DNA from: an uncultured Gemmatimonadales bacterium
GTDB taxonomy: Bacteria > Gemmatimonadota > Gemmatimonadetes > Longimicrobiales > RSA9
DNA: 64,000 nt
Direction: 5' to 3'
Assembly: GCA_963708135.1 (NCBI GenBank)
Contig: OY970192.1
Span: 576,001 to 640,000 of the forward strand
The position numbers and the translations under genes are program-made. Numbering within the stretch: position 1 is the stretch's first letter; each line of letters begins with the position of its first letter. The notes beneath the pieces are model-generated. The model did not search any database. It saw nothing but the letters and a program-made list of their open reading frames with translations, and had not been told where the DNA came from. Positions 37,977 to 47,346 of the stretch are shown here, in pieces.

Positions 37977-39260
37977 TCAGAAGCCCGGCTCCGCGCGCGC
38001 GTCGTCCGCGCCGCGCAGGGGCAGGGCCGTGAGCGTCGCGCCCTTCTCGACGCGCTCCACGTCCAGCGGGATCACCAGCAGCGCATCCGCCTCCGCCATC
38101 GAGCTCAGGATCCCCGAGCCCTGCGGGCCCGTGAGCCGGGCCAGCCAGCCGCCCTTTCCGTCTGCCTCCAGCCGCGCGCGCAGGAAGCGCACGAGGCCGG
38201 GCCTCGACTCGATCCTCTCCGCCGCCCGCACGCGCAGGGTGGCCGCGTGCACGTCGCGCCGGCCGACCATGCGGCGCAATGCGGGGCGGACGAGCACCTC
38301 GAAGGTGACCAGCGCGGAGACGGGGTTGCCCGGCAGGCCGAAGACGGCGGTGTCGTGCCAGGTGCCGAAGGAGAACGGGCTGCCGGGGCGGATCTTCACA
38401 CGCCAGAAGCCGAGCGAGAAGCCGAGCTCCTCCAGCACGTCCTTCATGATGTCGTGGTCGCCGACGCTCGCGCCCGCCGTCGTGACGAGCGCGTCCGCTC
38501 CCGCGCCCTGCTCGAGCAGCGCCCGCAGGCTCGCGGCCTCGTCGCGCGCGATGCCGAGCGGCAGCGGCGTGCCGCCCGCAGCGCGCACCGCGGCCGCCAG
38601 CGCGTAGGCGTTCGAGTTCACGATGCGGCGGCCGGCGAGCACCTCCTCGTACCGGTCGAGGTCCACGAGCTCGTCGCCGTTCGAGAGGATCGCCACGCGC
38701 GGTCGCCGGTGCACCCGCACGCGCTGGCGGCCCATGGTCGAGAGCAGCCCGATCTCGGCCGGACGCAGCATCCGGCCCGGCTCCAGCACGGTCTTCCCCG
38801 CCACCAGGTCCTCGCCACGGGGGCGGATGTTGCGCCCCGCGTCGCTGTCATCCAGCACCGCGACCCGCTCGTCCGACACCGCCATGGTGTGCTCCAGCCG
38901 GATCACCGAGTCCGCGCCCTCCGGCACCGGCGCGCCCGTCATGATCCGAACCACCTCCCCCGAGCCGACGGCGCGCGAGGGGAACGCGCCAGCGGCCACC
39001 TCGCCGACCACGCGCAGCACGGCCGGCGCGTCATCCCGCGCCCCGCGCACGTCCTCCGCACGCGCCGCGTAGCCGTCCATCGCGCTGTTGTCCCACGGCG
39101 GCTGGTGGATCGGCGAGGCCACGCTCTCGGCCAGCACCCGGCCGTACGCCTCGTCCAGCGGCACCATCTCCGTGGGGAGCGGCGCCACCGCACCCAGGAT
39201 CCGCTCCAGCGCCTCTGAGATCGTCAGCCAGTCGGGCGCGCGCGCCGGCCGCTCAGCCAT
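37977..39260 (-). CDS. moeA: molybdopterin molybdotransferase
   Basis: PPWDNSAMDGYA, RIMTGAPVPEGADSV, SNGDEL, GASVGDHD, GLPGNPVS, QGSG. Confidence 0.95.
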   Translation of the reverse strand: MAERPARAPDWLTISEALERILGAVAPLPTEMVPLDEAYGRVLAESVASPIHQPPWDNSAMDGYAARAEDVRGARDDAPAVLRVVGEVAAGAFPSRAVGSGEVVRIMTGAPVPEGADSVIRLEHTMAVSDERVAVLDDSDAGRNIRPRGEDLVAGKTVLEPGRMLRPAEIGLLSTMGRQRVRVHRRPRVAILSNGDELVDLDRYEEVLAGRRIVNSNAYALAAAVRAAGGTPLPLGIARDEAASLRALLEQGAGADALVTTAGASVGDHDIMKDVLEELGFSLGFWRVKIRPGSPFSFGTWHDTAVFGLPGNPVSALVTFEVLVRPALRRMVGRRDVHAATLRVRAAERIESRPGLVRFLRARLEADGKGGWLARLTGPQGSGILSSMAEADALLVIPLDVERVEKGATLTALPLRGADDARAEPGF

Positions 39261-39933
39261 GCTCCCCTCCTCGCGCGAGCGCCTCGGCCCGCTCCCGCTC
39301 CTCCGCCGTGTTCACGTTGAGGAACAGCGCCGCCGGGTCGCCGTAGGCGCGAACCTCCTCCAGCGGCAGCGTCCGCACGCGCACCTCGGGGAAGAAGCCG
39401 ACGATGTGGCGCTCCCCGCGCGCGAGCTCCGCCTCGATCGCCGCGATGCAGCCGGTGCCGTAATAGGCGCACAGCGGCTCCACGCCGCGGCGGCTTTCGC
39501 TGCCCGGCGCGACCACATCGGGGCCCGTCCCGGCGTTGCCACCAGCCGTCGCGGCCGCCGCCCCGCTCGCCGCGGCCTCGAGCAGCCGGGCCAGCAGCGC
39601 GGGCGAGAGGAAGGGCATGTCGCACGCCACGGCGAGGACCCCGGGGCGGCCCGCCTCCCGCGCCCACAGGAGCGCCGTGTAGATGCCGCCCAGCGAGCCC
39701 ATGCCCGGCAGGGCGTCCGGGCGCATCGGCAGCCCCGCCCCGCCGTAGACCTGCGCGTCGTTGGCGATCAGCACGAGATCCGGCAGCACGGCCCGGAGCG
39801 CGGCCTCCACGCGCTCGAGGATCGGCCGGCCGCCCACCGCCGCGAGCGCCTTGTGCGCGCCGTAGCGCCGATTCTCGCCGCCGGCCAGGATGGCGCCGAA
39901 CGGCGGCTGCCGGACCCCGGGGCGGGTGCTCAC
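39253..39933 (-). CDS. mobA: molybdenum cofactor guanylyltransferase
   Basis: GAILAGGENRRYGAHKAL, GSLGGIYTAL, ACDMPF, EPLCAYY, FLNVNT; GTG overlaps the fdhD stop. Confidence 0.9.
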   Translation of the reverse strand: MSTRPGVRQPPFGAILAGGENRRYGAHKALAAVGGRPILERVEAALRAVLPDLVLIANDAQVYGGAGLPMRPDALPGMGSLGGIYTALLWAREAGRPGVLAVACDMPFLSPALLARLLEAAASGAAAATAGGNAGTGPDVVAPGSESRRGVEPLCAYYGTGCIAAIEAELARGERHIVGFFPEVRVRTLPLEEVRAYGDPAALFLNVNTAEERERAEALARGGEHG

Positions 39934-40685
39934 GCGACATCCCCGCGGCCGACATCCCCGTCCTCCGCCGCGTCTTCCCCCGCGCCGAAGATGTAGGCGT
40001 CCCTGCCGGCGGCGCGCGCGATGATCGGGAAGCCGGCGGCGCGGGCGGACGCCACCGCGAGGGTGGTGGGGATCGAGCGGCTGGCGACCCACGCCAGTCC
40101 CGCGCGCGCCGCCTTGCGCGCGATCTCGGCGCTCACCCGCGAGGAGACCACGAGCCCGAGCCGGGAGAGGTCGGCCTCCGCCAGCAGCGCGGCGCCGATC
40201 GTCTTGTCCACGGCGTTGTGGCGGCCCACCTCCTCGCAGCCGTAGACGAGGCTCTCGCCATCCGAGAGCGCCGCGGCGTGCATCCCGCCCGTATCGCGCG
40301 AGCGCTCGGCGCCGGCGTAGAGGTCGCGGAAGAGCTCGTGGAAGCGCTCGAGTGGGGGCGGCGCGCGGCGCGCCGGCGCGGCGGCGGGGCGCGGGGGTGA
40401 GCCGGGCCGGGGCGGCAAGTCGGCATCGTCGCCGGCGGGACGGTCCTCGGGCAGGGCCAGCCGCTCGGGCGGGATCCGCGCCCGCACGCCGAGCGCGCCG
40501 TCCGGCTCGTGCACCACCTGGAGCGAGAGGAGGTCCGCCGCCCGCGCGATGTAGCCGTCCGCCAGGAGCCGTCCGGCCGCGAGCGCCTCGGGCAGCTCGG
40601 GCGTGCACGTCCAGGCGCGGATCCGCCGGCCGTTCACCTCGAGCCAGAACGGCACCTCGTCCACGGCGGCAACCCGGCGTCGCAT
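39930..40685 (-). CDS. fdhD: formate dehydrogenase accessory sulfurtransferase
   Basis: TGGMHAAAL, EEVGRHNAVDKTIG, SSRVSAEIARKA, SRSIPTTLAV. The usual CGxC loop is replaced by a Pro-rich stretch. Confidence 0.85.
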   Translation of the reverse strand: MRRRVAAVDEVPFWLEVNGRRIRAWTCTPELPEALAAGRLLADGYIARAADLLSLQVVHEPDGALGVRARIPPERLALPEDRPAGDDADLPPRPGSPPRPAAAPARRAPPPLERFHELFRDLYAGAERSRDTGGMHAAALSDGESLVYGCEEVGRHNAVDKTIGAALLAEADLSRLGLVVSSRVSAEIARKAARAGLAWVASRSIPTTLAVASARAAGFPIIARAAGRDAYIFGAGEDAAEDGDVGRGDVA

Positions 40686-40694
40686 GTGCCCTCG

Positions 40695-41222
40695 TCAGAT
40701 CACGCGCGGGCTGACGCCCAGGAGCACGGCGATGATGACGGCCACGCAGATGTAGGCGAAGAAGCCGATAAGCGCGGTGAGCAGCGCGCGGCCCGTGCCG
40801 AAGTCGAGCGCCTGCCGGATCGCGATCACCCCCGCCACGAGCAGCCACACGGCCACGACCAGCACGACGAGCCGGCCCAGGATCGGGACGAGCACGAAGA
40901 GGAAGAACACGCCCGGCGACTGCGCGAAGCCCAGCGTCCGCAGCAGCTCGCCCCACGTGGCCGTCCCCCCCAGCAGGCTGCCGATGCCGTACGTGATGGC
41001 GGACCAGAGGAGCCACCCGAGGTAGGCGGAGATCAGCCCGCCCAGCACGCCGCCCGCGCCGCCGCGCGCGCCGCCGATCGCCGCCGCCACCGCCACGATT
41101 CCGACCACCAGCGCGGCCTGGCCCGTGGCCGTCGTGTCCGCCTCCACCTCCTCGTAGAGGCTCGTGTCCAGCCGCGCCGCCGCGATCATCCGCTCGACCA
41201 GGGACCTCCGCCTGAACTCCAT
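40695..41222 (-). CDS. YIP1-family membrane protein
   Basis: LYEEVEADTTATGQA, ELLRTLGFAQSPG, AIRQALDF; about 5 TM segments. Confidence 0.75.
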   Translation of the reverse strand: MEFRRRSLVERMIAAARLDTSLYEEVEADTTATGQAALVVGIVAVAAAIGGARGGAGGVLGGLISAYLGWLLWSAITYGIGSLLGGTATWGELLRTLGFAQSPGVFFLFVLVPILGRLVVLVVAVWLLVAGVIAIRQALDFGTGRALLTALIGFFAYICVAVIIAVLLGVSPRVI

Positions 41223-41328
41223 CTTCGCCCTCCGTGCCGGGGGAGCGCCGCCCACGATCAACGGTATCATACTGCCCGGCCCGGAGCGCAGAAAGTCGCG
41301 CGGCCAGCCGGCGCCGCGGGGCCCTTGC

Positions 41329-41344
41329 CGGCATCAATGTTGCA
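41329..41344 (+). promoter_or_regulatory. putative sigma54 promoter for the BON gene
   Basis: CGGCATCAATGTTGCA gives GG-N10-GC with a consensus TTGCA -12 box. Confidence 0.5.
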
Positions 41345-41396
41345 ACCCTCGTCGTCCCATCGGACCCTACCGGAACGGCGGCAAAGGAGCGCGAGC

Positions 41397-41948
41397 ATGG
41401 CGTACGGAAGCGAGTGGCGCGGACGGCGTGGGGGCCGCGATCGCGGAGACCGCTGGGAATCCTCTCGCGAGTGCACGCGCGGGCCGTGGCGCGACTGGAG
41501 CCCCGGCCAGGCGGGTTGGGGCGGCGGGCGCCGGGGCAGGGGCTGGCCCTACGGCGTCGGCTACGAGCGGGGCAGCGAGGGCGACTTCGGCGAGTGGGAG
41601 GCCGGATCGCCTCCGGGCCGCGGGCCCTACGGCCCGCCGTGGTTCGCCGAGCCGGGACCCGGGACGGCGCCGGAGCCGGCGCACCCGCCGCGCTACCGCC
41701 GGCGCGCGTCCGCCCCGCGCCGGCGGCCGCGCGACGACGAGGTCCGCGAGAGCGTGCACGAGTGCCTGTTCCAGGACAGCTGGGTCAGCCCCGGCGGGAT
41801 CGAGGTCGAGGTCAGGGATGGCGTGGTGACGCTGCGCGGGCGGGTGAAGGACCACATGGAGGCCCGCTTCGTGGTCGACGACGCCTGGGACGCGCCGGGT
41901 GTGCGCGGCGTGATCAGCGACCTGAGGGTCCAGGGCGAGGAGGGCTGA
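41397..41948 (+). CDS. BON domain protein with a Gly/Arg/Trp-rich N-terminus
   Basis: AAAGGAG RBS; DDEVRESV..IEVEVRDGVVTLRGRV..DAWDAPGVRGVISDLRV. Confidence 0.75.
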   Translation: MAYGSEWRGRRGGRDRGDRWESSRECTRGPWRDWSPGQAGWGGGRRGRGWPYGVGYERGSEGDFGEWEAGSPPGRGPYGPPWFAEPGPGTAPEPAHPPRYRRRASAPRRRPRDDEVRESVHECLFQDSWVSPGGIEVEVRDGVVTLRGRVKDHMEARFVVDDAWDAPGVRGVISDLRVQGEEG

Positions 41949-41975
41949 GGCGCGCCTCGCGCTCGCTCGGCCGGC

Positions 41976-43082
41976 TCAGGGACGCCGCGCCGCGGGAAAG
42001 ACGCGCAGCGCCGTCGCCTTGAGTTGCGCGATGACCTCGCGGCCGGGCCGCAGCTCCAGCGCCTCCGCGCTCTGCCGCGTGAGCAGCGCCGTGAGCGGCG
42101 GCTCGCCGGACAGCCGGACCCGCACCAGCGCGCCCGCCGGCACCACCGAGGCGACGGCGAGCCGGAACCGGTTCCGGGCGCTGCTCTCGCCCGCGGCGCC
42201 GGGCGCGGAGAGCGTGACGTCTTCCGGCCGGTAGGCCACGTGCACGGGCGCGCCCGCCTCGCCGGCGTCGCCGCCGGGATCGAGCGCCCACACGCGGGCC
42301 GTTCCCGCGAGCTCGACCCGCACCAGCCGCTCCTCGCGCGCAGCCACCACCCCATCCAGCAGCAGCTCCGCGCCCGTGAACGCGGCCACGAACGGCGTGG
42401 CGGGCTCCATCACCAGCGTGTCCGGAGTGCCGATCTGCACCACCCGCCCCGCCTCCAGCACCGCGATCCGGTCCGCCAGCGCGAAGGCCTCCGCCGGGTC
42501 GTGGGTGACCAGCACCGCCGCCTGCGAGCGCTCGCGGACCAGCCGCTCGACGTCTCGCTGGAAGCGCCGGCGCTGCGTGACGTCCAGGCTGGACGTCGGC
42601 TCGTCGAGCAGCACCAGCTCGGGACGGAGCACCAGCGCGCGCGCGAGCGCCACCCGCTGCGCCTCTCCGCCCGAGAGCGTGCGCACGTGCGCGGCCGCGA
42701 GAGCGCCGAGCCCGACCCACTCCAGCGCCTCCGCCGTGCGCCGCTCCCGCTCCGGCTTCTCGAGCCGGCGCAGCCGGAGCCCGTAGCTGACGTTCGCCGC
42801 TACCGAGCCCGAGAACAGGAACGGCCGCTGGAACACGCCCGCCATCCGACGCCGTGCCTCACGGTCTCCGGCGCGCACCTCCCGTCCGTCCAGCCGCAGA
42901 CGCCCCGCGTCGGGCCGCTCCAGCAGCAGCAGCAGCCGGAAGAGCGTCGACTTCCCGGCGCCGTTGGGCCCCAGCACCGCGAGCACCTCGCCGCGCGAGA
43001 CGGAGAGCGCCGCCACGTCCACGACCGTACGCCGGCCGTAGCGGCGCACGAGCCCCTCGACGGAGAGGATCGGCCCCTCCAT
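41976..43082 (-). CDS. tungstate/molybdate ABC transporter ATPase with TOBE domains (TupC-like)
   Basis: GPNGAGKST, LSGGEAQRVALARAL, LLDEPT, VTHD; C-terminal TOBE (ALLTRQSAEALELRPG). Confidence 0.88.
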   Translation of the reverse strand: MEGPILSVEGLVRRYGRRTVVDVAALSVSRGEVLAVLGPNGAGKSTLFRLLLLLERPDAGRLRLDGREVRAGDREARRRMAGVFQRPFLFSGSVAANVSYGLRLRRLEKPERERRTAEALEWVGLGALAAAHVRTLSGGEAQRVALARALVLRPELVLLDEPTSSLDVTQRRRFQRDVERLVRERSQAAVLVTHDPAEAFALADRIAVLEAGRVVQIGTPDTLVMEPATPFVAAFTGAELLLDGVVAAREERLVRVELAGTARVWALDPGGDAGEAGAPVHVAYRPEDVTLSAPGAAGESSARNRFRLAVASVVPAGALVRVRLSGEPPLTALLTRQSAEALELRPGREVIAQLKATALRVFPAARRP

Positions 43083-43810
43083 CAGGCGATCGGCCGCTCG
43101 GCGGCGGCCATGGCGAAGGGCGCCCGCCCCTGCTGGATCCGGGTGAGCACCAGGTTCACCGCGAAGGCCACGAGCAGCAGCACGAAGCCCATGGCCAGCG
43201 CGAGCGCGTACTCGCCGCGCCGCGTCTCGAGCACGATGGCGGTGGTGAGGACCCGCGTGTGCCCCTCGATGTTGCCGCCCACGATCATGGCGGCGCCGAC
43301 CTCGTGGAAGACCGCGCCGAACGCGGCGATCACGCCGGCGGAGAGGCCGAGGCGCGCCTCGCGCAGATGGGCGAGGAGCGCCTGCGCGGGCGTGGCGCCG
43401 AGGGCCCGCGCCTGCAGACGCACGTCGGGGGGCACCGCCTGGACCGCCGCCAGGCTGATCCCGGCCACGTAGGGCGCCGCGAGCAGCGCCTGCGCGACGA
43501 TCATGGCCGCGGGCGTGAAGAGCAGCCCCAGCGGTCCCGCCGGTCCCTCGCGTGAGAGCATCATGTAGACGAGCACGCCCACCGCCACCGGCGGCAGCGC
43601 GAAGCCGGTATGGACCAGCGTCACGAGCAGCCCGCGTCCGCGGAAGCGGCCGAGCCCCACGCCCACGCCGACCGGCAGCCCGAGCAGCACGCCGAGCAGC
43701 ACGGCGATGCCGGACACGCGCAGCGACAGCGCGAGGATCCGCAGCACGTACGGATCGCCGCGCACCAGCAGCAGGATCGCCTGCTTCCCCGCATCGAGGA
43801 AGAGATCCAT
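43082..43810 (-). CDS. tupB: tungstate ABC transporter permease
   Basis: LPPVAVG, LLFTPAAMIVAQ, EVGAAMIVGGNIEGHTRVLTTAIVLETRRG. Confidence 0.88.
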   Translation of the reverse strand: MDLFLDAGKQAILLLVRGDPYVLRILALSLRVSGIAVLLGVLLGLPVGVGVGLGRFRGRGLLVTLVHTGFALPPVAVGVLVYMMLSREGPAGPLGLLFTPAAMIVAQALLAAPYVAGISLAAVQAVPPDVRLQARALGATPAQALLAHLREARLGLSAGVIAAFGAVFHEVGAAMIVGGNIEGHTRVLTTAIVLETRRGEYALALAMGFVLLLVAFAVNLVLTRIQQGRAPFAMAAAERPIA

Positions 43811-43847
43811 GGGGCGCTCCGGTGGGGGTGCGTGGCGGGGCGCGGTG

Positions 43848-44237
43848 CTAGCCGACGCCCGTCCCGAACAGGCTGAAGAGAAGCAGCCCGAGCACGAGGG
43901 CCGTCACGATCACGTACATCCTGTCGTGCTGGAGCACGAACGCCACGAGCGAGAGCGCGACGCGCGCCACGGGCGTCGCGATGAGGAGCAGCAGCCCGAA
44001 CTGGATGATCCAGCGGCTGCGCAGCCCGAGCACGCCGCCCAGCACCCCGTGCACGCTGTCCAGCCCCGGCGCCACCGCGTGGAAGGTCCGGTAGTCGACC
44101 GGCTCGCCCGCGTGCACCGCCGTGTGGATGATGCCGCCCACGAGCGCCACGGCCGCGGCGGTCAGGACGCCGTAGCGCAGGAGGCTGCCGATCCAGGCCT
44201 CCACCTCCTCATCGCTCCAGCGGCGGTGGCGTGCCAT
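43848..44237 (-). CDS. DUF1634-family membrane protein
   Basis: IGSLLRYGVL, IIQFGLLLLIATPVARV, DRMYV; usual neighbour of TauE genes. Confidence 0.8.
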   Translation of the reverse strand: MARHRRWSDEEVEAWIGSLLRYGVLTAAAVALVGGIIHTAVHAGEPVDYRTFHAVAPGLDSVHGVLGGVLGLRSRWIIQFGLLLLIATPVARVALSLVAFVLQHDRMYVIVTALVLGLLLFSLFGTGVG

Positions 44238-44238
44238 G

Positions 44239-45075
44239 TCAGATCGCTCCCGTGATGCCCTTGTAGAGCATCTGCAGCGCCATGACGACCAGTACCACGT
44301 TGAACACCAGCCGCAGCCGCTCGGTCGGCGCGCGCGTCAGCACCCGCGCCCCCGCGAGCGCGCCCGCCAGGACGCCGAGCATCACCGGCAGCGCCAGCGT
44401 GGGATCGATGTAGCCGCGGTGCAGGTAGATCCCCGCGCTCCCCGCCGCCGTCACGCCGATCATGAAGTTGCTGGTCGTCGTCAACACCTTGAACGGCAGC
44501 TTCATGGCCTGGTCCATGGCCAGCACCTTGACCACGCCTGAGCCGATGCCGAGCAGCCCCGAGATGATCCCCGCGCCGATCATGAGCGAGAAGCCGGTCG
44601 GCACGTTCTGCACCGCGTACTCCTCCATGACACCGTGCGAGGGGTAGCTGTCGTTCAGCCGCATGCGGACGGCCAGCGGGTGGCTGCGTCCGTGCGTGAC
44701 CTGCTCCTCCGGCGGGAAGACCGAGCGGTAGGCCGACAGTAGCAGGACGAGCCCGAAGATGATCGAGATCACGCTCGTCGAGACCAGGCCCGCGATCGTC
44801 GCGCCCACCAGCGCGCCCGACACGGTGGCCACCTCGAGCAGCATCCCGACCCGCACGTTGGTGTAGCCTTCCCGCACGTAGGCCGCCGCCGCGCCCGACG
44901 ACGTGGCGATCACCGACACCAGCGAGGCGCCGATCGCGTAGCGGATGTCGACGTGGAACACCAGCGTCAGCATCGGCACGATTACGATCCCGCCGCCGAG
45001 GCCGGTCAGCGCGCCGAGCAGCCCCGCGAGCACCGCGCCCAACGCGACCAGCAGCGTCAGCGCCAGGAGCGTCAT
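44239..45075 (-). CDS. sulfite exporter TauE/SafE family protein
   Basis: GALTGLGGGIVIVP, AIGASLVSVIATSSG, SGLLGIGSG, TTSNFMIGVTAA; ATGA overlap with the tupA stop. Confidence 0.88.
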   Translation of the reverse strand: MTLLALTLLVALGAVLAGLLGALTGLGGGIVIVPMLTLVFHVDIRYAIGASLVSVIATSSGAAAAYVREGYTNVRVGMLLEVATVSGALVGATIAGLVSTSVISIIFGLVLLLSAYRSVFPPEEQVTHGRSHPLAVRMRLNDSYPSHGVMEEYAVQNVPTGFSLMIGAGIISGLLGIGSGVVKVLAMDQAMKLPFKVLTTTSNFMIGVTAAGSAGIYLHRGYIDPTLALPVMLGVLAGALAGARVLTRAPTERLRLVFNVVLVVMALQMLYKGITGAI

Positions 45076-45905
45076 CGGCCGCCGCTGACCGCGTCGGCGT
45101 GAAAGAGCGCGTGGCCGAAGCCCGCCCTGCCGTAGTCGGCGATCACGCGCTGTCCCGCCGGCGAGGTGATCCAGTCGGCGAAGGCGCGCGCGCCGGCGGC
45201 GTTGCGCGCGCCCACCACGAGGATCACGCTGTAGGGGTTGAACAGCCGCGGGTCGCCCTGCGAGAGCGCCGGCAGGTGCACGCTCCCGTTCGCGCTCAGG
45301 AACTCCCAGCTCGGCCTGTCCGTCAGCGTGTACGCCTGCTGCTGGTCGGCCATCTGGAGCACCGCGCCCATCCCCTGTCCCGCCCGCTCGTACCAGGCGC
45401 CCCCGGGCGCGATGCCCGCCAGCTTCCAGAGCGCCAGCTCCTTCTTGTTCGTGCCCGAGTCGTCGCCGCGCGAGACGAAGCGGGCCCCGCTCCGCGCGAT
45501 GCGCCGGAACGCATCCACCGCGTCGCTGTCGCCGCGCACGCCCGCCGGGTCCGCGGCCGGTCCCACGATCAGGAAATCGTCGTGCATCACCGCCCGCCGA
45601 TCCTTCCCGTAGCCGCCGGCGACGAACGCGGATTCGGCCGCCGGCGCATGCACGAGCAGTACGTCGGCGTCCTTGCGCCGGCCCATGGCCAGCGCCTCGC
45701 CCGTGCCGACCGCGACGACCTTCACCGGGTAGCGGGGATGGGCCTTCTCGAACGCGGGGATGAGGACGTCGAAGAGCCCGGAGTCCTGGGTCGAGGTGGT
45801 CGACCCCAGGACAATGCTCGACGTGGCGGGGTTGCCCCGCCCGCCGGCGCACGCCAGCAGGGCGAGGGCGGCGACGATCGGCGTCGCCCGAAGCAAGGAT
45901 CTCAT
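45072..45905 (-). CDS. tupA: tungstate ABC transporter substrate-binding lipoprotein
   Basis: Lipobox LLAC; STTSTQDSGL (TupA TTTS-like motif), VGTGEAL, ADVLLVHAP, FVSRGDDSGTNKKE, YTLTDR, LFNPY. Confidence 0.88.
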   Translation of the reverse strand: MRSLLRATPIVAALALLACAGGRGNPATSSIVLGSTTSTQDSGLFDVLIPAFEKAHPRYPVKVVAVGTGEALAMGRRKDADVLLVHAPAAESAFVAGGYGKDRRAVMHDDFLIVGPAADPAGVRGDSDAVDAFRRIARSGARFVSRGDDSGTNKKELALWKLAGIAPGGAWYERAGQGMGAVLQMADQQQAYTLTDRPSWEFLSANGSVHLPALSQGDPRLFNPYSVILVVGARNAAGARAFADWITSPAGQRVIADYGRAGFGHALFHADAVSGGR

Positions 45906-45918
45906 CCCCCGGAAGGGT

Positions 45919-46407
45919 TCGGTGCGTCTCCTCGGACCAGCTGCCCTCCTGCACCGGCCGGTCCGGCGGCTCGTAGCTCGTGCCCCCCTCGATCGCCTTG
46001 TGCAGGTCGTGGGTGCCATAGAGCTCCGCGTCCAGGTCCTGCAGCAGGTGCTCCGCCGACGGCTCCGTCCGCCGGCCCTCCTCGCCGAGCTGCGACTCCA
46101 CCGCCGCGTCCTCCGCCACCGCCTCGTCCGCCGCCTCGCTCTGCTCCGCCCGCTCCAGCTCGTCGACGGTGATCTCGTTCGAGTAGCTCGAGATACCGAG
46201 CACGTCCGTCACCACCTGCGAGATCTCCTGCATCTCCTGCTCGGTGCCGACACGGCCGCCAAGCGTGACGAACCCGTCCTCCACCCGCACGTCCACCGCG
46301 TCCGCATCGATGTCGGGGTACTCCTGCAGCTGCTGGACGATCAGGTCCTGCAGCTCCTGGTCGTCCATGTCCTCGATGTCGTGCAGATCCTCGTAGTCCC
46401 TTGGCAT
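45919..46407 (-). CDS. acidic BON domain protein; expected stop appears as CGA
   Basis: DIDADAVDVRVEDGFVTLGGRVGTEQE (BON). Acidic protein-like sequence ends at ..WSEETH, followed by CGA (45919-45921) just before the tupA start. Confidence 0.7.
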
Positions 46408-46482
46408 TGGTCTCCCCTTCCGCGCATCCGCGCCGAGACCTGCCGTCCACCCGCGCCCACTCCGCGCGGCGCACGGTGCCCG

Positions 46483-47175
46483 CTAGAAGTGGAACGCCAG
46501 GCCGGCGCCGACCGAGGCGTTCTGCGTCCACTCGCTCGCGGGATACTTCTGCGTGAGCAGGAACGCCTGCGGCGTCTTCAGCTTCCAGAGCACGCCGCGC
46601 ACATCGCCGTACAGCGCCAGACGGCGGGTCAGATACCATTCGATTCCGCCGCCGAACTGACCGGCGAAACTCGTGCCGAAGCGGAATCTGGCGTCAGGCA
46701 CCACCGCCGCGTCCGCTCCGTTCGTCCCGGTGGTCGAGATCACCACGCCGCCGCCGAAGAGGACGTACGGCTGGAGCCGGTGCCAGGTGCGCGCGCCCGT
46801 GAGGTCGAAGCGGACCGCGCCGAGCGCGAGGATGAGGTTCTGGTCGGCGTCGCCGCGGTTCACGTAGGACGTGTCGGTCTGTGACACGAACGCGGTGTCG
46901 AGCACCGAGCGCGTGCTCTTGAAGTAGTCCAGGTCCGCCTGGATCACGAACGGCCCGTTCAGCCGGATCGCCCAGCGCACGCCCGCGAACGCCGCCGGCT
47001 TCGGGCCGAGCCCCACCGAGCCCCGGCTCGTGTCCAGGTAGCCAGCCGTCACCGCGAGCGACTGCGAGGGATCGATGTATTCATAGGGCGATGTGATCCG
47101 CTGCGCCGCCGCCGGTCGGGTCGCGACCCCGAGCAGTGCGGCCGCGAGCAGCGGCAGGATTCGCAGGAAACGCAT
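46483..47175 (-). CDS. outer-membrane beta-barrel protein
   Basis: Signal AAA|Q, QPYVLFGGG, GGGIEW, C-terminal LAFHF. Confidence 0.7.
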   Translation of the reverse strand: MRFLRILPLLAAALLGVATRPAAAQRITSPYEYIDPSQSLAVTAGYLDTSRGSVGLGPKPAAFAGVRWAIRLNGPFVIQADLDYFKSTRSVLDTAFVSQTDTSYVNRGDADQNLILALGAVRFDLTGARTWHRLQPYVLFGGGVVISTTGTNGADAAVVPDARFRFGTSFAGQFGGGIEWYLTRRLALYGDVRGVLWKLKTPQAFLLTQKYPASEWTQNASVGAGLAFHF

Positions 47176-47235
47176 GGCGTGGTCCGGGCACGGGTTCTCG
47201 GCCCCTCGGCGCCTTCGCCGGGCCGAGGGCAGGAG

Positions 47236-47307
47236 AAGCTAGACGCGGCTGTAGGGGGGCGCAAGCGAGCTCGCCGCGTTGACAGCCTCCCCGGTGCCGT
47301 CTAGCTT
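47236..47307. promoter_or_regulatory. back-to-back divergent sigma70 promoters
   Basis: Plus strand TTGACA-N17-TAGCTT (47279-47307); minus strand TTGCGC-N17-TAGCTT (47264-47236). Confidence 0.6.
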
Positions 47308-47346
47308 TTCCACGATCTCAACCGCTTCGACCGTCCCGGCCTCCCG

